This document shows positions 48,142 through 59,289 of a stretch of 64,000 nucleotides of DNA, one piece after another. The notes under the pieces were generated by a model that saw only the letters and a program-made list of their open reading frames with translations, made no database searches and had not been told where the DNA came from. This stretch comes from an uncultured Gemmatimonadales bacterium (lineage in GTDB: Bacteria > Gemmatimonadota > Gemmatimonadetes > Longimicrobiales > Gaopeijiaceae). Position 1 is the first letter of the stretch. Every line of letters starts with the position of its first letter. The position numbers and the translations under genes are program-made. The stretch covers positions 1,184,001 to 1,248,000 of the forward strand of contig CAWELD010000003.1 of assembly GCA_963809895.1 (NCBI GenBank). Direction: 5' to 3'.

Positions 48142-49598
48142 GCCCGACCACCTCCACCCAGAGCCGTCCCGGCCTGCACAAGGAGCTCAGGTCACTCCAG
48201 TTCTTCGCGGTGGCCTTCGGGGCGACCATCGGAGTGGGCTGGATTGTCGTGCTGGGCGATTGGTTGGAGGCCGCGGGGCCTGGTGGGACGATGCTCGGTT
48301 TTCTCGTCGGCGGGTGCATCATCGCCGTCATCGCCCTCTGCTATGCGGAGCTCGCGACGGTGTTTCCGTCGGCGGGCGGTGAGTTCGTCTACAGCTACGC
48401 GCTCTACGGCATCAAGACGTCGTTCGTCGCCGGGTGGCTCCTGGCCATGGCGTACCTGGCGGTGACCGCCTTCGAGACCATCGCCGTGGGGTGGATCGCC
48501 AACGCCCTGATCCCGGGCCTGGAGGGGCCGGTACTCTTCCATGGGATCGGCGGGAGTCCGGTCCACCTGGGCACCATCTTCCTCGGTTTCGGGGGGCTCG
48601 TCCTGATCTCGGCCCTGAACTACCGCGGCGTCGGATGGGCGTCGGTATTCCAGGAGGCGCTCACCTACGGATTGACCGTCGCCTTCCTCCTGTTCGTGGG
48701 AGCCGGGATCCTCCTGGGCGACGTGGCGAACCTGAAGCCCGCCTTCCACGCGTCCGGGGGCGGATCCGTGTGGCTCGGAACGCTCGGAATCCTCATCCAG
48801 ACGCCGAACTGGCTGGTGGGGTTCAACTTCGTGCCCCAGCTCATGGAGGAGAAGGCGCCCGACACACCGATCCGCAGGGTGGGGCTCGTGATGGTCTCTT
48901 CCGTCCTCTCGGCTACCCTCTTCTACCTCCTCGTCGTCTTGGCGTGCTCCATGGTGACACCCTGGCCGACGCTCGTGGGGATGGAGCTTCCGGCAGCGGG
49001 CGCGTTCGAGGCGCTCCTGGATTCGCCCATCCTCGCCAAGCTGGTGCTCCTTGCGGGCCTCATGGGTCTGGTCACCACCTGGAACGCGGTCTTCATGGGA
49101 GCGTCCCGGATCCTCTTCGCGCTCGGGCGCGCTCGGATCATCCACCCGTCGTTCGCGTCGGTGCACCCCGAGTTTGGCACCCCCGGGAGGGCCGTGCTCT
49201 TCGTGACCGCGATCGGCGCGGTCGCGAGCCTGCTGGGTCGCGATGCGCTCGTGCCATTGCTCAATGTGGTCGCGGCCGCCCTGTCGTTCCTCTTCATCCT
49301 CACCTGCTGGGGAGTCGTGCGCCTCCGCCGCCGGCGTCCCGAGGTGCAGGCCGCGTATCGCGTGCCGGGGGGCGCCGTGACCGGGATGGTGGCGTCTGCC
49401 GCATCGGTCGCCTTTCTCGTCCTGGCGCTCGCCCAGCCGTACGCCGCGGCCGGCAGGCGCTTCCCCCTGGAATGGGGAATCATCCTGGTGGGAGGAGTGG
49501 TCGGGATGGCTCTGTGGAGGTTGGGGCGCGAGACCCGGGACGAGTTGAGCGAGGACGATCGGAGCCGGGTCGTCCTGGGAGACGAGAGCCTGTGGTGA
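48138..49598 (+). CDS. APC-family amino acid permease
   Basis: FGATIGVGW, YAEL..PSAGGE, about 12 TM segments, YRVPGG. Confidence 0.92.
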   Translation: MSPTTSTQSRPGLHKELRSLQFFAVAFGATIGVGWIVVLGDWLEAAGPGGTMLGFLVGGCIIAVIALCYAELATVFPSAGGEFVYSYALYGIKTSFVAGWLLAMAYLAVTAFETIAVGWIANALIPGLEGPVLFHGIGGSPVHLGTIFLGFGGLVLISALNYRGVGWASVFQEALTYGLTVAFLLFVGAGILLGDVANLKPAFHASGGGSVWLGTLGILIQTPNWLVGFNFVPQLMEEKAPDTPIRRVGLVMVSSVLSATLFYLLVVLACSMVTPWPTLVGMELPAAGAFEALLDSPILAKLVLLAGLMGLVTTWNAVFMGASRILFALGRARIIHPSFASVHPEFGTPGRAVLFVTAIGAVASLLGRDALVPLLNVVAAALSFLFILTCWGVVRLRRRRPEVQAAYRVPGGAVTGMVASAASVAFLVLALAQPYAAAGRRFPLEWGIILVGGVVGMALWRLGRETRDELSEDDRSRVVLGDESLW

Positions 49599-49621
49599 CC
49601 GTATCGCGGGGAACCGACCCG

Positions 49622-49649
49622 TAGGTACAACAGGGCCTCCCGCTTCGTC
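49622..49649 (+). promoter_or_regulatory. Putative ECF-sigma promoter TAGGTACAA-N15-CGTC
   Basis: Intergenic, upstream of the second CocE gene. Confidence 0.65.
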
Positions 49650-49723
49650 CACTACATGAACCGTAGGCTACTCGCCGCCCACACGGCCGACGGCATGCGC
49701 GCGGGGCGGCACAGGAGATCCGC

Positions 49724-52066
49724 ATGAATCGCTGGCTGCTGCCTATCCTCGGAGCCTCACTCCTCCTCGGGTTCGCCGAGCTCAGGTCCACAGACGCCCT
49801 CTCCGCGCAGACGACCATGGCCGACACCGTCGTCTGGGATGGCTATGTGGTCGGTGTCCGCCTTGCCGAGCTCAAGCTGGCGGATGACAGCTACACGATT
49901 CGCTGGAAGGACCGCGAAGCGAACCGCTGGCTGGATCCACATACCACGTCCTCAGCCGAGGTCGGAGACGACCCTTCCTTCGCACTGGGAGGCTCGGTCT
50001 CCCGCTTTCCAGCCCAGCTGCCCGAGCTCGAAGCCATGACCTGGACGGGCCGGCAGGCCGTCGCCTGGCCGGATCCGGAGACCGTCTACGTCCCGGATCG
50101 TGAAAGGGACGCGGTGGTAGCAGGCACCCCGAAGACGGCCCGACGGTGGATCCAGAAGGACGGCTCCAGTCCCATGGACCTCATGATCGGGCCGGGCGAC
50201 CGTCCCGTCGCGGCGTTCGATGTCGACAACGACATCGTGTGGGTGAAGCGCGGCTGGGAGGGGGTGACGACGGTGGCCCGGTGGCAGGCGCCCGGCGTGT
50301 CGAAGCCGGAGTACGGCTACCGCGCCCTCGACAAGCAGATGGTGCCCATGCGGGACGGCGTGCATCTGGCCACCCTGATCTACCTTCCGCAGGGCGCCGG
50401 GGCGGACGGCCCCTTCCCCGTCATCTTCATCCGCACGCCGTACGGCATCGGAGGCTTGATCGGCCGATACTGGCACTACGCGGTCCGGGGGTACGCGGTC
50501 GTCCTGCAGGCGGCTCGGGGAACAGCCTACTGGGACCCGGAAAACCGTTCAGAAGGCGAGTGGGGCTACTTCCGGAACGAGGCGGCCGACGGTGCCGACG
50601 CCCTGGAGTGGGTGGCCTCACAGCCATGGTCCAACGGCGAAATCTGCACCCAGGGAGCGTCCTATCTCGGATATACCCAGTGGAACGAGACCATCGCGGG
50701 CAATCCGGCGTTGAAGTGCATGATCCCGGAATCGAGCATGGGGACCATGTTCAGCGACCAGCCGTACTGGGGTGGTGGCTTCGTCAACGGGAATACGTAC
50801 TACATCACATGGATGCTGAACAAACAGCCGATCCGGGACGGTCTTTCCTGGACCGACGTGTTGCACCATCGCCCCCTTGTGGACATCGATGTGTTCGCGA
50901 CCGGGGAGGATCTCCCCCAGTGGAATGCCATCATGGAGCATTCCCACAACGATGCCTACTGGGCTCGGCAGAACTGGTACGTGAAGGACGTCCCACGGGA
51001 CTTCGGCGCCTTCATGTTCAGCGGATGGTGGGATGACGATTTCGCCGGCACGATGGCGAACTGGGCGCTCATGAGGAAGACGAGCTCAGCCCCGCGCAAG
51101 CTCGTGATCGGACCCTGGAAACACAACTACAACGTGGACCGAGCCCTGAACGGCTTCAGCTTCGGCCCCCACGCCCTCCGCGACGACGTCTGGCTCTCGA
51201 AGCAGCGCTGGTACGACCACTTCCTGAAAGGAGTGGACAACGGAGTCGAGCACGAGAGGGTCCAGTACTTCATGTTGGGCGAAAACGAGTGGCGCACCGC
51301 GACGGACTGGCCCCCACCCGAAGCGGAGCCGACCGCCTTCTACCTCCACAGCGACGGCGACGCGGAAGGACTGATGACGTCGGGGCATCTGGACCGCACG
51401 ACATCCACTTCCCCCGAGGACTTCGATCAATACGTCTACGATCCCGCCCATCCGGTCACGAACTGGATGAGCTTCGATCAGATGACCGCGTGGGAGGATC
51501 AGCAGACGTGGCCCTACGACTTCAAGGACATCGAGGGGCGCTCGGACGTGGTCTCCTACACATCCGGGCCCCTGGAGGATGATCTGGTGATCGCCGGGAA
51601 TGTTATGCTGGTGCTGTACGCGTCGACGGACGTGAAGGACACGGATTGGTGGGTCCACGTCTCCGACGTCGATCCCGACGGCATGTCGAAGCGGCTTACG
51701 ACGGGCGTGCTGCGTGCGCGCTTTCGCAATCGTGACGATCCTCAGTACGGCGCGATGGGCGAGAACTACGCCCGGGAGGAACTCCTTTCGGGTGACCTGG
51801 ACGACGTGGTGGAGTACCGGATCGGACTCCGCGCGATCGCCAACAGGTTCGAGAAGGGGCACCGCATTCGCGTCGCGATCTACAACGCTCTCGACAACTA
51901 CGAGTTCCCCAACTCGAACACCGGTGGGGACGAGGCCCAGGCCAAGGAGACGATTCCGGGGATCATGCGGGTGCACCATGAAGCTTCATGGCCGACCCAC
52001 ATCATCTTGCCCGTGGTTCCCTCCGGGACTCAGGCATCCGCCGCTCCGGGGTCTCGCGAGCGGTGA
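49724..52066 (+). CDS. Secreted CocE/NonD hydrolase with N-terminal extension
   Basis: Signal peptide, MRDGVHLAT, RTPY, GASYLG, GWWD, IGPWKH, KGHRIRV. Confidence 0.92.
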   Translation: MNRWLLPILGASLLLGFAELRSTDALSAQTTMADTVVWDGYVVGVRLAELKLADDSYTIRWKDREANRWLDPHTTSSAEVGDDPSFALGGSVSRFPAQLPELEAMTWTGRQAVAWPDPETVYVPDRERDAVVAGTPKTARRWIQKDGSSPMDLMIGPGDRPVAAFDVDNDIVWVKRGWEGVTTVARWQAPGVSKPEYGYRALDKQMVPMRDGVHLATLIYLPQGAGADGPFPVIFIRTPYGIGGLIGRYWHYAVRGYAVVLQAARGTAYWDPENRSEGEWGYFRNEAADGADALEWVASQPWSNGEICTQGASYLGYTQWNETIAGNPALKCMIPESSMGTMFSDQPYWGGGFVNGNTYYITWMLNKQPIRDGLSWTDVLHHRPLVDIDVFATGEDLPQWNAIMEHSHNDAYWARQNWYVKDVPRDFGAFMFSGWWDDDFAGTMANWALMRKTSSAPRKLVIGPWKHNYNVDRALNGFSFGPHALRDDVWLSKQRWYDHFLKGVDNGVEHERVQYFMLGENEWRTATDWPPPEAEPTAFYLHSDGDAEGLMTSGHLDRTTSTSPEDFDQYVYDPAHPVTNWMSFDQMTAWEDQQTWPYDFKDIEGRSDVVSYTSGPLEDDLVIAGNVMLVLYASTDVKDTDWWVHVSDVDPDGMSKRLTTGVLRARFRNRDDPQYGAMGENYAREELLSGDLDDVVEYRIGLRAIANRFEKGHRIRVAIYNALDNYEFPNSNTGGDEAQAKETIPGIMRVHHEASWPTHIILPVVPSGTQASAAPGSRER

Positions 52067-52102
52067 GGCTCCGGGCGGCTGGTTTCCGTTCCTCCTGTCT
52101 GC

Positions 52103-53296
52103 TCAATCGTCGAGCAGGAGGAAGATCTCCCGTTGGATCTTCGACGGCGTCACGACGGGCCCTTGGTCGCTCCAGAACACGTTGATCTCGCTACGCACGC
52201 CAATCTCGCCCGCGATGTAGATCCCGGGTTCCACCGAGAACCCCACTCCGGGAACGAGCAGCCGGTCGTCTCGGGTCTCCAGGTTGTCCAGATTCGGTCC
52301 GCTCCCATGGAGCATGGTATCCATGGAATGGCCCGTACGGTGGAGGAAGTACTCCCCGTAGCCCCGCTCCGCGATGAGATGGCGTGACGCGTCGTCCACC
52401 TCGTAGCCGCGCACGTCTTGACCGGCCTCGAAGCGCTCTCGCAGGAACTCCACGGCGGCATCGCGCGCATCGCGCACGGCTTCCCAGATCCTCTGGGTCC
52501 GGTCGTCCACCGTGGAGCCCATCATTCCCATCCAGGTCTGGTCGGCGGGTACCGAGCCGGCCCTGCCCGCGAACAGATCGATGAGCAGCAACTCGCCTTC
52601 CGCGATGGTTTCACCGGCACCCGCGACGCGGTAGTGCGGATCCGAAGCGGTCCGTCCCACCGCCACGGTGCAGCCGGCCTGCTCGGGCAGGCGGCGCTCG
52701 TGGAGCTCGGCGCGGATCCAGTCGGACAGGGCCCCTTCACTGGTAGGGCTTCCGGCCCGGATGGCGTCGGTCGCACGCTGGAAGGCGCCCTCCACCACGT
52801 CCACCAGAATCTCCGCCGCCTCCATGTGGTCCTCGGCCTGTCTCCCGGTCCAGACCGAATGGAAACGAGACACCAGATTCCCGGACGACACCATCTCCGC
52901 GCCCGAGCGGCGCACGACGTCGGCCATCCCGACGGGCAAATAGTCCAGGGTCGGCACGGCCGCCCCCGGAGAAACCTCCATGGCCAGCCTCCTCCGGCCG
53001 CGCAGGATCCGGGCCAGCCCCGACTCCATTTCCCGCCAGCCCCGGTAGCTCTGTTTCGCCCATGGCCACTGGCGCCATGCCGATCCCTCGATAGCATGGA
53101 TGAGCGCGCGGGGCTCCCCGTGGGCGGGGATGAGAAAGAAGCTACGCCGGGTGGTCTTGCCCACGGCCAACATGGCCTTGGAAATGGGATTTGCTCCACG
53201 GAACTCATAGAGGAGCCAGCCGTCCAGGCCTTCCTCCCGCAGCGCCTCCTGGACCTGCCGGATCCCCTTCTCACTACACAGTAGAGGCTCTGCCAT
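52103..53296 (-). CDS. M24-family metallopeptidase (Xaa-Pro aminopeptidase-like)
   Basis: DPHY, LLID, ADQTW, HRTGH, SVEPGIY, GVRSE. Confidence 0.92.
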   Translation of the reverse strand: MAEPLLCSEKGIRQVQEALREEGLDGWLLYEFRGANPISKAMLAVGKTTRRSFFLIPAHGEPRALIHAIEGSAWRQWPWAKQSYRGWREMESGLARILRGRRRLAMEVSPGAAVPTLDYLPVGMADVVRRSGAEMVSSGNLVSRFHSVWTGRQAEDHMEAAEILVDVVEGAFQRATDAIRAGSPTSEGALSDWIRAELHERRLPEQAGCTVAVGRTASDPHYRVAGAGETIAEGELLLIDLFAGRAGSVPADQTWMGMMGSTVDDRTQRIWEAVRDARDAAVEFLRERFEAGQDVRGYEVDDASRHLIAERGYGEYFLHRTGHSMDTMLHGSGPNLDNLETRDDRLLVPGVGFSVEPGIYIAGEIGVRSEINVFWSDQGPVVTPSKIQREIFLLLDD

Positions 53297-53319
53297 CGTT
53301 CCTCCGGACGATCCGTACC

Positions 53320-55692
53320 CTACCGGGGCCGCTGCTCGATCCTGTAGTCGTAGGGCGGCTCCTCTCCCAGAAGCTGCCGCACGAAGAAGTCCCACACCCG
53401 TCGGATGAAGTAGGGCTCCTGTGAGTAGCCGTGGCCCCGGTCCGGCATGATCAGGAGATCGAAGCTCTTGTTGGCCCCGACCAGGGCATTCACCAAGCGA
53501 ATCGTGTTCGCGGGATGCACGTTGTCATCCATGTCGCCGGTCACCAGGAGCAGCTTCCCTCTCAGGCGGGACGCTCGGAGGTAGTTCTTCTGATTCTCGT
53601 AGCTGTCCGTGTGATGCACGGTATCCATCTGGAGGAGTCCCTGGTATCTCTCCGCCCAGGGGGAGCTGTACGTACGGTTGTCCTGGTTGCCCGAGGCTGC
53701 GACTCCGACCTTGTAGAAGTCCGGGTACGACAACATGGCGTCCACGGTGGCGAATCCACCGCCCGAGAACCCGTAGACGCCCAGACGCGTCAGATCCATC
53801 CAGGGCCGTGACGCGGCCAGCTGTTTGAGGCCGTGGACGTGATCGGGTAGTCCAGCGTCGCCCAGGTTTCCGTACCAGGTGTCATGCCACGCCTTCGAAC
53901 GGAGGTTCGTGCCCATGGCGTCGATCTCCACCACCACGAAGCCAAGCTCGGCCAGCGCCGGGGGCTGGCCTATGGTCGCGTAATTCAAGACCGGCTCACG
54001 CGTCGGAAAGAACCACTTGGGCGCCGTGATGGTCTGGGGCCCCCCGTAGATATGATCGATGACCGGGTACTTTTTGCGTGGGTCGAAGTTGGACGGCTTG
54101 AAGAGCACACCATAGACGTCATGGATGCCGTCGCGTGCCTTTACGTGAAAAGGCTCTGGCGGCTTCCAACCCAAGGCCGACAGGCGGGAGATGTCGGCGC
54201 GCGCGACGGTTCGCACGATTCGACCCTCCCGGTCACGCAGCACGGTCACCTGAGGCTGATCGACGCGTGAATACGTATCCGTGAAATAGCGACCGTCAGG
54301 AGCGAAATGGATAACGTGCTGGGCTTCTTCGGGTGTCAGCAACCTGAGATCCGAGCCATCGAAATTCTCGACGTACAACGGAGCGAAATAGGGGTCGACG
54401 CCCGGCTGCCGGCCTCGAGCCGTGAAGAAGACCTGACGCGTGGTCCCGTCGACATACATGAGGTCGCCCACCGTCCAGCCCCCGCCTGTGACACGGCTCG
54501 CCGTTCCACCATCGCGATCGTAGCGGTAGAGATGCCCCCAGCCGTCGCGCTCCGACCACCAGATGACGTCGTCACCTCCGTTGACCACGTCCCAGTTGGG
54601 CGGTCGGTGGACGTCTTCATTGACCTCGACGTAGGTGCGGCTGCTGTCCCGGACCACCGGGTGGGCCGATCCCGTCTCTGGATCCACGTCCCACAACGTC
54701 ACCTTCTTGTTGGCACGCGTGACCGTGGTCACGAAGAGGGCATCTCCATCCTCCGTCCATTTCACCGCCCACCACGTCGTGCCGTCGGGCGCCATGGGAC
54801 TGATGCCGTTCATCGGGTACGGCGTCGAAGGCACGTCCACCTTGACCGTCCTGTGCGCAACGACGTCGGCGACATACACGTCGTACCGCGGGATCACCGA
54901 ATCGCCCGGGAGAGGATACGGGTAGGTGTACAGCACCGGCCGCTCGCGGGTCGAAGAGTAGAGTGGCATGCGCGGCACGTCCCGTTGGTCCAGACGCCGC
55001 ACCGCGAAGTACCGCGAGTCCGGGCTCCATTGCCCCACCGGGCGGAGTGGGCTGAGGGACAACCCCTGGCTCGCGCCATAGGTGTGATCCTCCACGCCAT
55101 CGTGCGTCAACGCCACGCTGTCCCCACCGCTTGTGGGTTTCACGTACAGATTGTGGTCGCGCGTAAACACGACCCATTTCCCATCGGGCGAGGGAAAATC
55201 CAAGGGGGAACGCAGTCCCGCCGTATCATCCGCCATGCAGGTGTACGCTTCAATATCGCAGCGGAACAGCCGCGCATCGGCCCGGAACTGGATCACCCGT
55301 TCATCGTCGGTGAGATCGAAGCCCCCGAACGGCAGCGCATGGGGATCGTAGACGGTGTCGTTGGCCAGGGACATGGCTTCGGCCAGCCGACCGTTTTCGA
55401 AGAGGGGGCGCTGCGTGTTGTGTTGAGGGTCCACGACGAGGTACTCCGCACCCTCCGGGCCGTTGTCGCGAAACCAGAAGCGATCGCCCTTCATCCAATG
55501 AGGGATCACGAGGTCGTGGCTGATGAGCGGCAGCGTGTTCCAGGTGAGAAACTGCTCGGCGCGATGGTAGGCGGCCTCCTGCGCGACCGCAGGGCCGGGT
55601 GCGGCCAGCGAGACGGCGAGGCACGGCCCGAGCATGGCGAGCACCCCCATGGGGCCCGGCCAGGTCGAATGGTGAGGGTGTTTGCTGTTCAC
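53320..55692 (-). CDS. Secreted S9-family dipeptidyl peptidase IV-like protein
   Basis: Signal peptide, WSPDS, SERDGWGHLY, YGGP, GFSGGG, DDNVH, GHG; GTGA overlap with the upstream gene. Confidence 0.93.
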   Translation of the reverse strand: MNSKHPHHSTWPGPMGVLAMLGPCLAVSLAAPGPAVAQEAAYHRAEQFLTWNTLPLISHDLVIPHWMKGDRFWFRDNGPEGAEYLVVDPQHNTQRPLFENGRLAEAMSLANDTVYDPHALPFGGFDLTDDERVIQFRADARLFRCDIEAYTCMADDTAGLRSPLDFPSPDGKWVVFTRDHNLYVKPTSGGDSVALTHDGVEDHTYGASQGLSLSPLRPVGQWSPDSRYFAVRRLDQRDVPRMPLYSSTRERPVLYTYPYPLPGDSVIPRYDVYVADVVAHRTVKVDVPSTPYPMNGISPMAPDGTTWWAVKWTEDGDALFVTTVTRANKKVTLWDVDPETGSAHPVVRDSSRTYVEVNEDVHRPPNWDVVNGGDDVIWWSERDGWGHLYRYDRDGGTASRVTGGGWTVGDLMYVDGTTRQVFFTARGRQPGVDPYFAPLYVENFDGSDLRLLTPEEAQHVIHFAPDGRYFTDTYSRVDQPQVTVLRDREGRIVRTVARADISRLSALGWKPPEPFHVKARDGIHDVYGVLFKPSNFDPRKKYPVIDHIYGGPQTITAPKWFFPTREPVLNYATIGQPPALAELGFVVVEIDAMGTNLRSKAWHDTWYGNLGDAGLPDHVHGLKQLAASRPWMDLTRLGVYGFSGGGFATVDAMLSYPDFYKVGVAASGNQDNRTYSSPWAERYQGLLQMDTVHHTDSYENQKNYLRASRLRGKLLLVTGDMDDNVHPANTIRLVNALVGANKSFDLLIMPDRGHGYSQEPYFIRRVWDFFVRQLLGEEPPYDYRIEQRPR

Positions 55693-56654
55693 GATCGTCT
55701 CCCGGCCTTGTGACCGTCCTCCCGCTTCCGCCAGTACCTGGCGAGCCCATGCCAGCAGTCCTTCGGGTCGGCGGCCAGCAGGTAGGCCTCGATGACCTCT
55801 GGGTCCTGTAGCTGTTCCATGACCTCTGCGCGTACCGCCTCGGCGAACCGTCGCGCCCGTTCCGCGTCCTCCCGGCCGTCCGACAGAGACGCACGGACCC
55901 GTTCCCCCCAGTCGCGCAGCGTGTGCAGCAGGGTCGTGAGGTGTGCGTCGGTCTCGCCGGTCGGGCCGAAGTGCGAGAGGAAGAGGCGGGAGGGCCGCCA
56001 GGCCCGGATTCCGGCGATGGACTCCTCCCAGAGCCCCAGGTCGATGTCGGGAGGCGGCGTGGTCGGGAGAACCAGCGGCCGACCCTCGATGCAGATCCCG
56101 CCCACATCGCCAACGAACGCGGTGCTCGTGGAAGGCTCGAAGTAGGCCGCGTGGTGCGAGGCGTGTCCCGGCGTATAGGCCACCTCCAGATGCCTCTCGC
56201 CCACCTGGACGTGGTCTCCGTCCGTCACGACGCGGACGTTCTCTGCTGGCACAGGCAGCACTTCGCCCCACAGCTCGTCCATCCGCTCCCCGTAGATGCG
56301 CCGCGCGCTCGCGAGCAGTCTCGCCGGGTCCACGAGATGTCGAGCGCCGCGTTCGTGGACGAAGACCTCCAGGCGTGGATTGTCCCGCACGAGCGACCCG
56401 ACCGTGCCGGCATGATCCAGGTGGATGTGGGTCAGCAGGACGGCGTTGATATCCGCGATGCCGAGTCCGAGCGTCTCGAGCCCCCGCCGAAGCCTGGGGA
56501 GCACCGACGCCGGCCCCGGGTCCACCAGGGCTCGCTTGGTTCCTCCATCCAGCAGGGCCACGGCAAGCGCGAGGGGCGCCCCCCACTCCACGTCGATCAT
56601 GGTCAGGTCATCGGCGAGAACCTCGGTCCGCACCGCTCCGGAGTCGCCGCTCAT
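55689..56654 (-). CDS. MBL-fold metallo-hydrolase
   Basis: [30 protein letters not shown]. Confidence 0.9.
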   Translation of the reverse strand: MSGDSGAVRTEVLADDLTMIDVEWGAPLALAVALLDGGTKRALVDPGPASVLPRLRRGLETLGLGIADINAVLLTHIHLDHAGTVGSLVRDNPRLEVFVHERGARHLVDPARLLASARRIYGERMDELWGEVLPVPAENVRVVTDGDHVQVGERHLEVAYTPGHASHHAAYFEPSTSTAFVGDVGGICIEGRPLVLPTTPPPDIDLGLWEESIAGIRAWRPSRLFLSHFGPTGETDAHLTTLLHTLRDWGERVRASLSDGREDAERARRFAEAVRAEVMEQLQDPEVIEAYLLAADPKDCWHGLARYWRKREDGHKAGRRS

Positions 56655-58633
56655 AGGGACGATCCTCCCGACCCACCTACGCCCACGGCCGTCCGGATCG
56701 ATCGCACCGCGGACGGGTTTTCGAGCGCGGACGTGTCGCCGGGATCCTCACCGAGGTAGGCGGCGCGAATGACGCGCCGCATGACCTTGGCGCTTCGCGT
56801 ACGGGGAAGGTCGGGGACGAAGAGCACCTTCTCCGGAGCGAGCGCCCGTCCGAGCTCGTCGGCTACATGGTGGCGGAGCTCGTCGGCCAGCTCGGATCCG
56901 CCCGCCTGGGGATTGACGAGAATGCACAGGGCCACCATCGAGGTGCCCTTGACCGCGTGAGGCACGCCGATGACCGCCGCCTCCGTGACTGTGGGATGGC
57001 CCACGAGCACGGACTCGAGCTCCGCCGGCCCGACCCTCTTCCCGGCCACCTTCAACGTGTCGTCGCTCCGGCCGAGGATATACCAGAATCCGTCCTCATC
57101 GACCCTGGCCCAGTCGCCGTGCGCCCAGACGTCATCGAACCGACTCCAGTAGGTGGTGACGTACCTCCCGGGATCGTTCCAGAACCCCCGAGCCATGCCG
57201 ATCCAGGGCTTGCGAATGACCAGCTCGCCCACGTCACCCCGTACGGATCGGCCGTCGTCGTCCACGACGTCGGCGTCGATCCCCGGGCACGGAGCGGGGA
57301 AGGAGCACGGTTTGAGCGGGAGGATCGGGTTCCCGCACAGGATTCCGCCCGAGATCTCCGTTCCTCCCGAGTAGTTCACGATCGGGGCCCGCCCGCTGCC
57401 CACGGTCTCGAAGAGCCACCACCACGGGTCCGGATTCCATGGCTCCCCCGTCGATCCGATGATCCGAAGGGTGGAGAGGTCGTGGCGACGCACAGGCCCG
57501 GCTCCGTGCACCATGAGCGCCCGGACCAGGGTAGGCGAGATGCCGAGGACCTCGATGGCGTGCCGCTCGCACAGATCCCACACGCGGTCCGGCGCAGGGT
57601 GATCGGGCGCACCGTCGTAGAGGACCATGGTGCCGCCGAGAAGCAGGGATCCGTAGATGAGCCAAGGGCCCATCATCCAACCGATGTCCGTGACCCAGTG
57701 GATCCGCGTTCCGCGCCCCACGTCCATCCCGAAGGCCATGTCCTGGGCAGCCTTGATCGGGAAGCCACAGTGGGAGTGCTGGATCCCCTTCGGCCGCCCC
57801 GTCGTGCCGGAGCTGTAAAGCACGAGCAGGGGGTCTTCCGCGCCGGTCGACGCGACCCCCGCGGCGTCGGCGCCCGCCGCGGCACCCGATGCCAAGACCG
57901 CTTCGTACCAGATGTCGCGCGGGGCGTCCATCTGGACGGGGATCCCCGAACGACGAACCACGATCCGGTGCACGAGATCCGGGCATCGCGCCACCGCTTC
58001 GTCGCACACCTCCTTCGCCGGAACCAGGCGGTCACGGCGTGGGAACGCATCTGCGGTGATCAGGGCTCGCGCCTTCACGTCGCGGAGCCGGGAAGCGATC
58101 GCCGCGGGACCGTAGCCGCTGAACAACGGGACAGCCAGCGCGCCGATCCGCCCCGCCGCCAGAAGCGCGACCACGGTTTCCGGAATCATCGGCAGATGGA
58201 TGCCCAGCGCGTCGCCCGGTTCCAACCCCAGCGCCCGGAGCCCCGCGGACAGTTGCCGCACCTCCACCGCGAGTTCGCCGTAGGTGAGCGTCCGGGTGCG
58301 ACCTTCCTCCCCCTCCCAGATCACCGCCGCCCGATCCTCGGCTTCCGTCCCGAGCCACCGATCCAGGCACGCCTCCACGACGTTGAGCCCCCCACCTACA
58401 CACCAGTGCGCCCAGGGGAGCCCCTCCGAGAGATCCACCACCTGCTCGTAGGGCGGGTCAAACCGGACATCCAGGAACTCCAGAACCGCCCCCGTGAACC
58501 AGGACACGTCCTCCACGGAGCGCCGGTGCAGCTCGTCGAAGTCGGAGATCCCGTGCCGACGCATGAAGTCCGTGAGCCGGGCGCGCGAGAGTGTCTCGGG
58601 GTCCGGGCGCCATACGATCTCGCCGGACCTCAT
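56651..58633 (-). CDS. Acetyl-/acetoacetyl-CoA synthetase-like ligase
   Basis: [46 protein letters not shown]. Confidence 0.92.
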   Translation of the reverse strand: MRSGEIVWRPDPETLSRARLTDFMRRHGISDFDELHRRSVEDVSWFTGAVLEFLDVRFDPPYEQVVDLSEGLPWAHWCVGGGLNVVEACLDRWLGTEAEDRAAVIWEGEEGRTRTLTYGELAVEVRQLSAGLRALGLEPGDALGIHLPMIPETVVALLAAGRIGALAVPLFSGYGPAAIASRLRDVKARALITADAFPRRDRLVPAKEVCDEAVARCPDLVHRIVVRRSGIPVQMDAPRDIWYEAVLASGAAAGADAAGVASTGAEDPLLVLYSSGTTGRPKGIQHSHCGFPIKAAQDMAFGMDVGRGTRIHWVTDIGWMMGPWLIYGSLLLGGTMVLYDGAPDHPAPDRVWDLCERHAIEVLGISPTLVRALMVHGAGPVRRHDLSTLRIIGSTGEPWNPDPWWWLFETVGSGRAPIVNYSGGTEISGGILCGNPILPLKPCSFPAPCPGIDADVVDDDGRSVRGDVGELVIRKPWIGMARGFWNDPGRYVTTYWSRFDDVWAHGDWARVDEDGFWYILGRSDDTLKVAGKRVGPAELESVLVGHPTVTEAAVIGVPHAVKGTSMVALCILVNPQAGGSELADELRHHVADELGRALAPEKVLFVPDLPRTRSAKVMRRVIRAAYLGEDPGDTSALENPSAVRSIRTAVGVGGSGGSSL

Positions 58634-59289
58634 TCAACCACTGGTCCTAGCGCCGCCCGCACCTGTTTGAGGGCCACGACGAGGTAGTTGGCCACCGTGC
58701 GTGGAGCCAATCCGGTGACCTCTCCGATCTCCCTGTAGGACATGTCGTGCAGGTGGGCGAGAACGAAGACCTCCTTTCGCCGCGGCGAGAGTCCGTCGAT
58801 GGCTCCCTCGATGGCGAGGGCGAGCTCGCTCAGCTCGGCCTCGGCGTCAGGTGCCCTGAATCCTCCCACAATGGGTTCGTAGCGCCGCTCGATCCTCCGG
58901 GTCTGGCTTCGGAGTCGCCGCTCCCGATCAATGGTCATGTTCCTCGTGATCCGGTAGAGGTAGGATTGGGGGGAGCGGACCTTGGAAAGCTCTCCACGCT
59001 TCTGCCACACGCGAATCAGGACCTCCTGCACCACGTCTTGCGCAGCGTCCGAATCACCCAGCATTCGAGCCGCATACGCATGGAGCCGCTCACCATGTCC
59101 CTCGACAAGGGCGGCGAAGGCGCCGGTGTCGCCGGCTTCGATGGCCGCGAACAGCGCACGGGTCACCTCCTCGTTCTCCGCGGATGGCGAGTCGGAGCGC
59201 GACGGTCGCGGCCGTCCAGGGGTCATGGGCACCTCACTTCGGTATTCGCCCGACACCCTCTGCGCCATGGCGGACCAGGAGTCCGTCAT
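58630..59289 (-). CDS. ECF RNA polymerase sigma factor
   Basis: [45 protein letters not shown] overlaps on both sides. Confidence 0.9.
   Translation of the reverse strand: MTDSWSAMAQRVSGEYRSEVPMTPGRPRPSRSDSPSAENEEVTRALFAAIEAGDTGAFAALVEGHGERLHAYAARMLGDSDAAQDVVQEVLIRVWQKRGELSKVRSPQSYLYRITRNMTIDRERRLRSQTRRIERRYEPIVGGFRAPDAEAELSELALAIEGAIDGLSPRRKEVFVLAHLHDMSYREIGEVTGLAPRTVANYLVVALKQVRAALGPVVE

Noticed and set aside
55693..56586. 1088-aa version of the S9 peptidase
   Set aside because: The extension overlaps the MBL gene in another frame; the signal peptide follows the GTG at 55692
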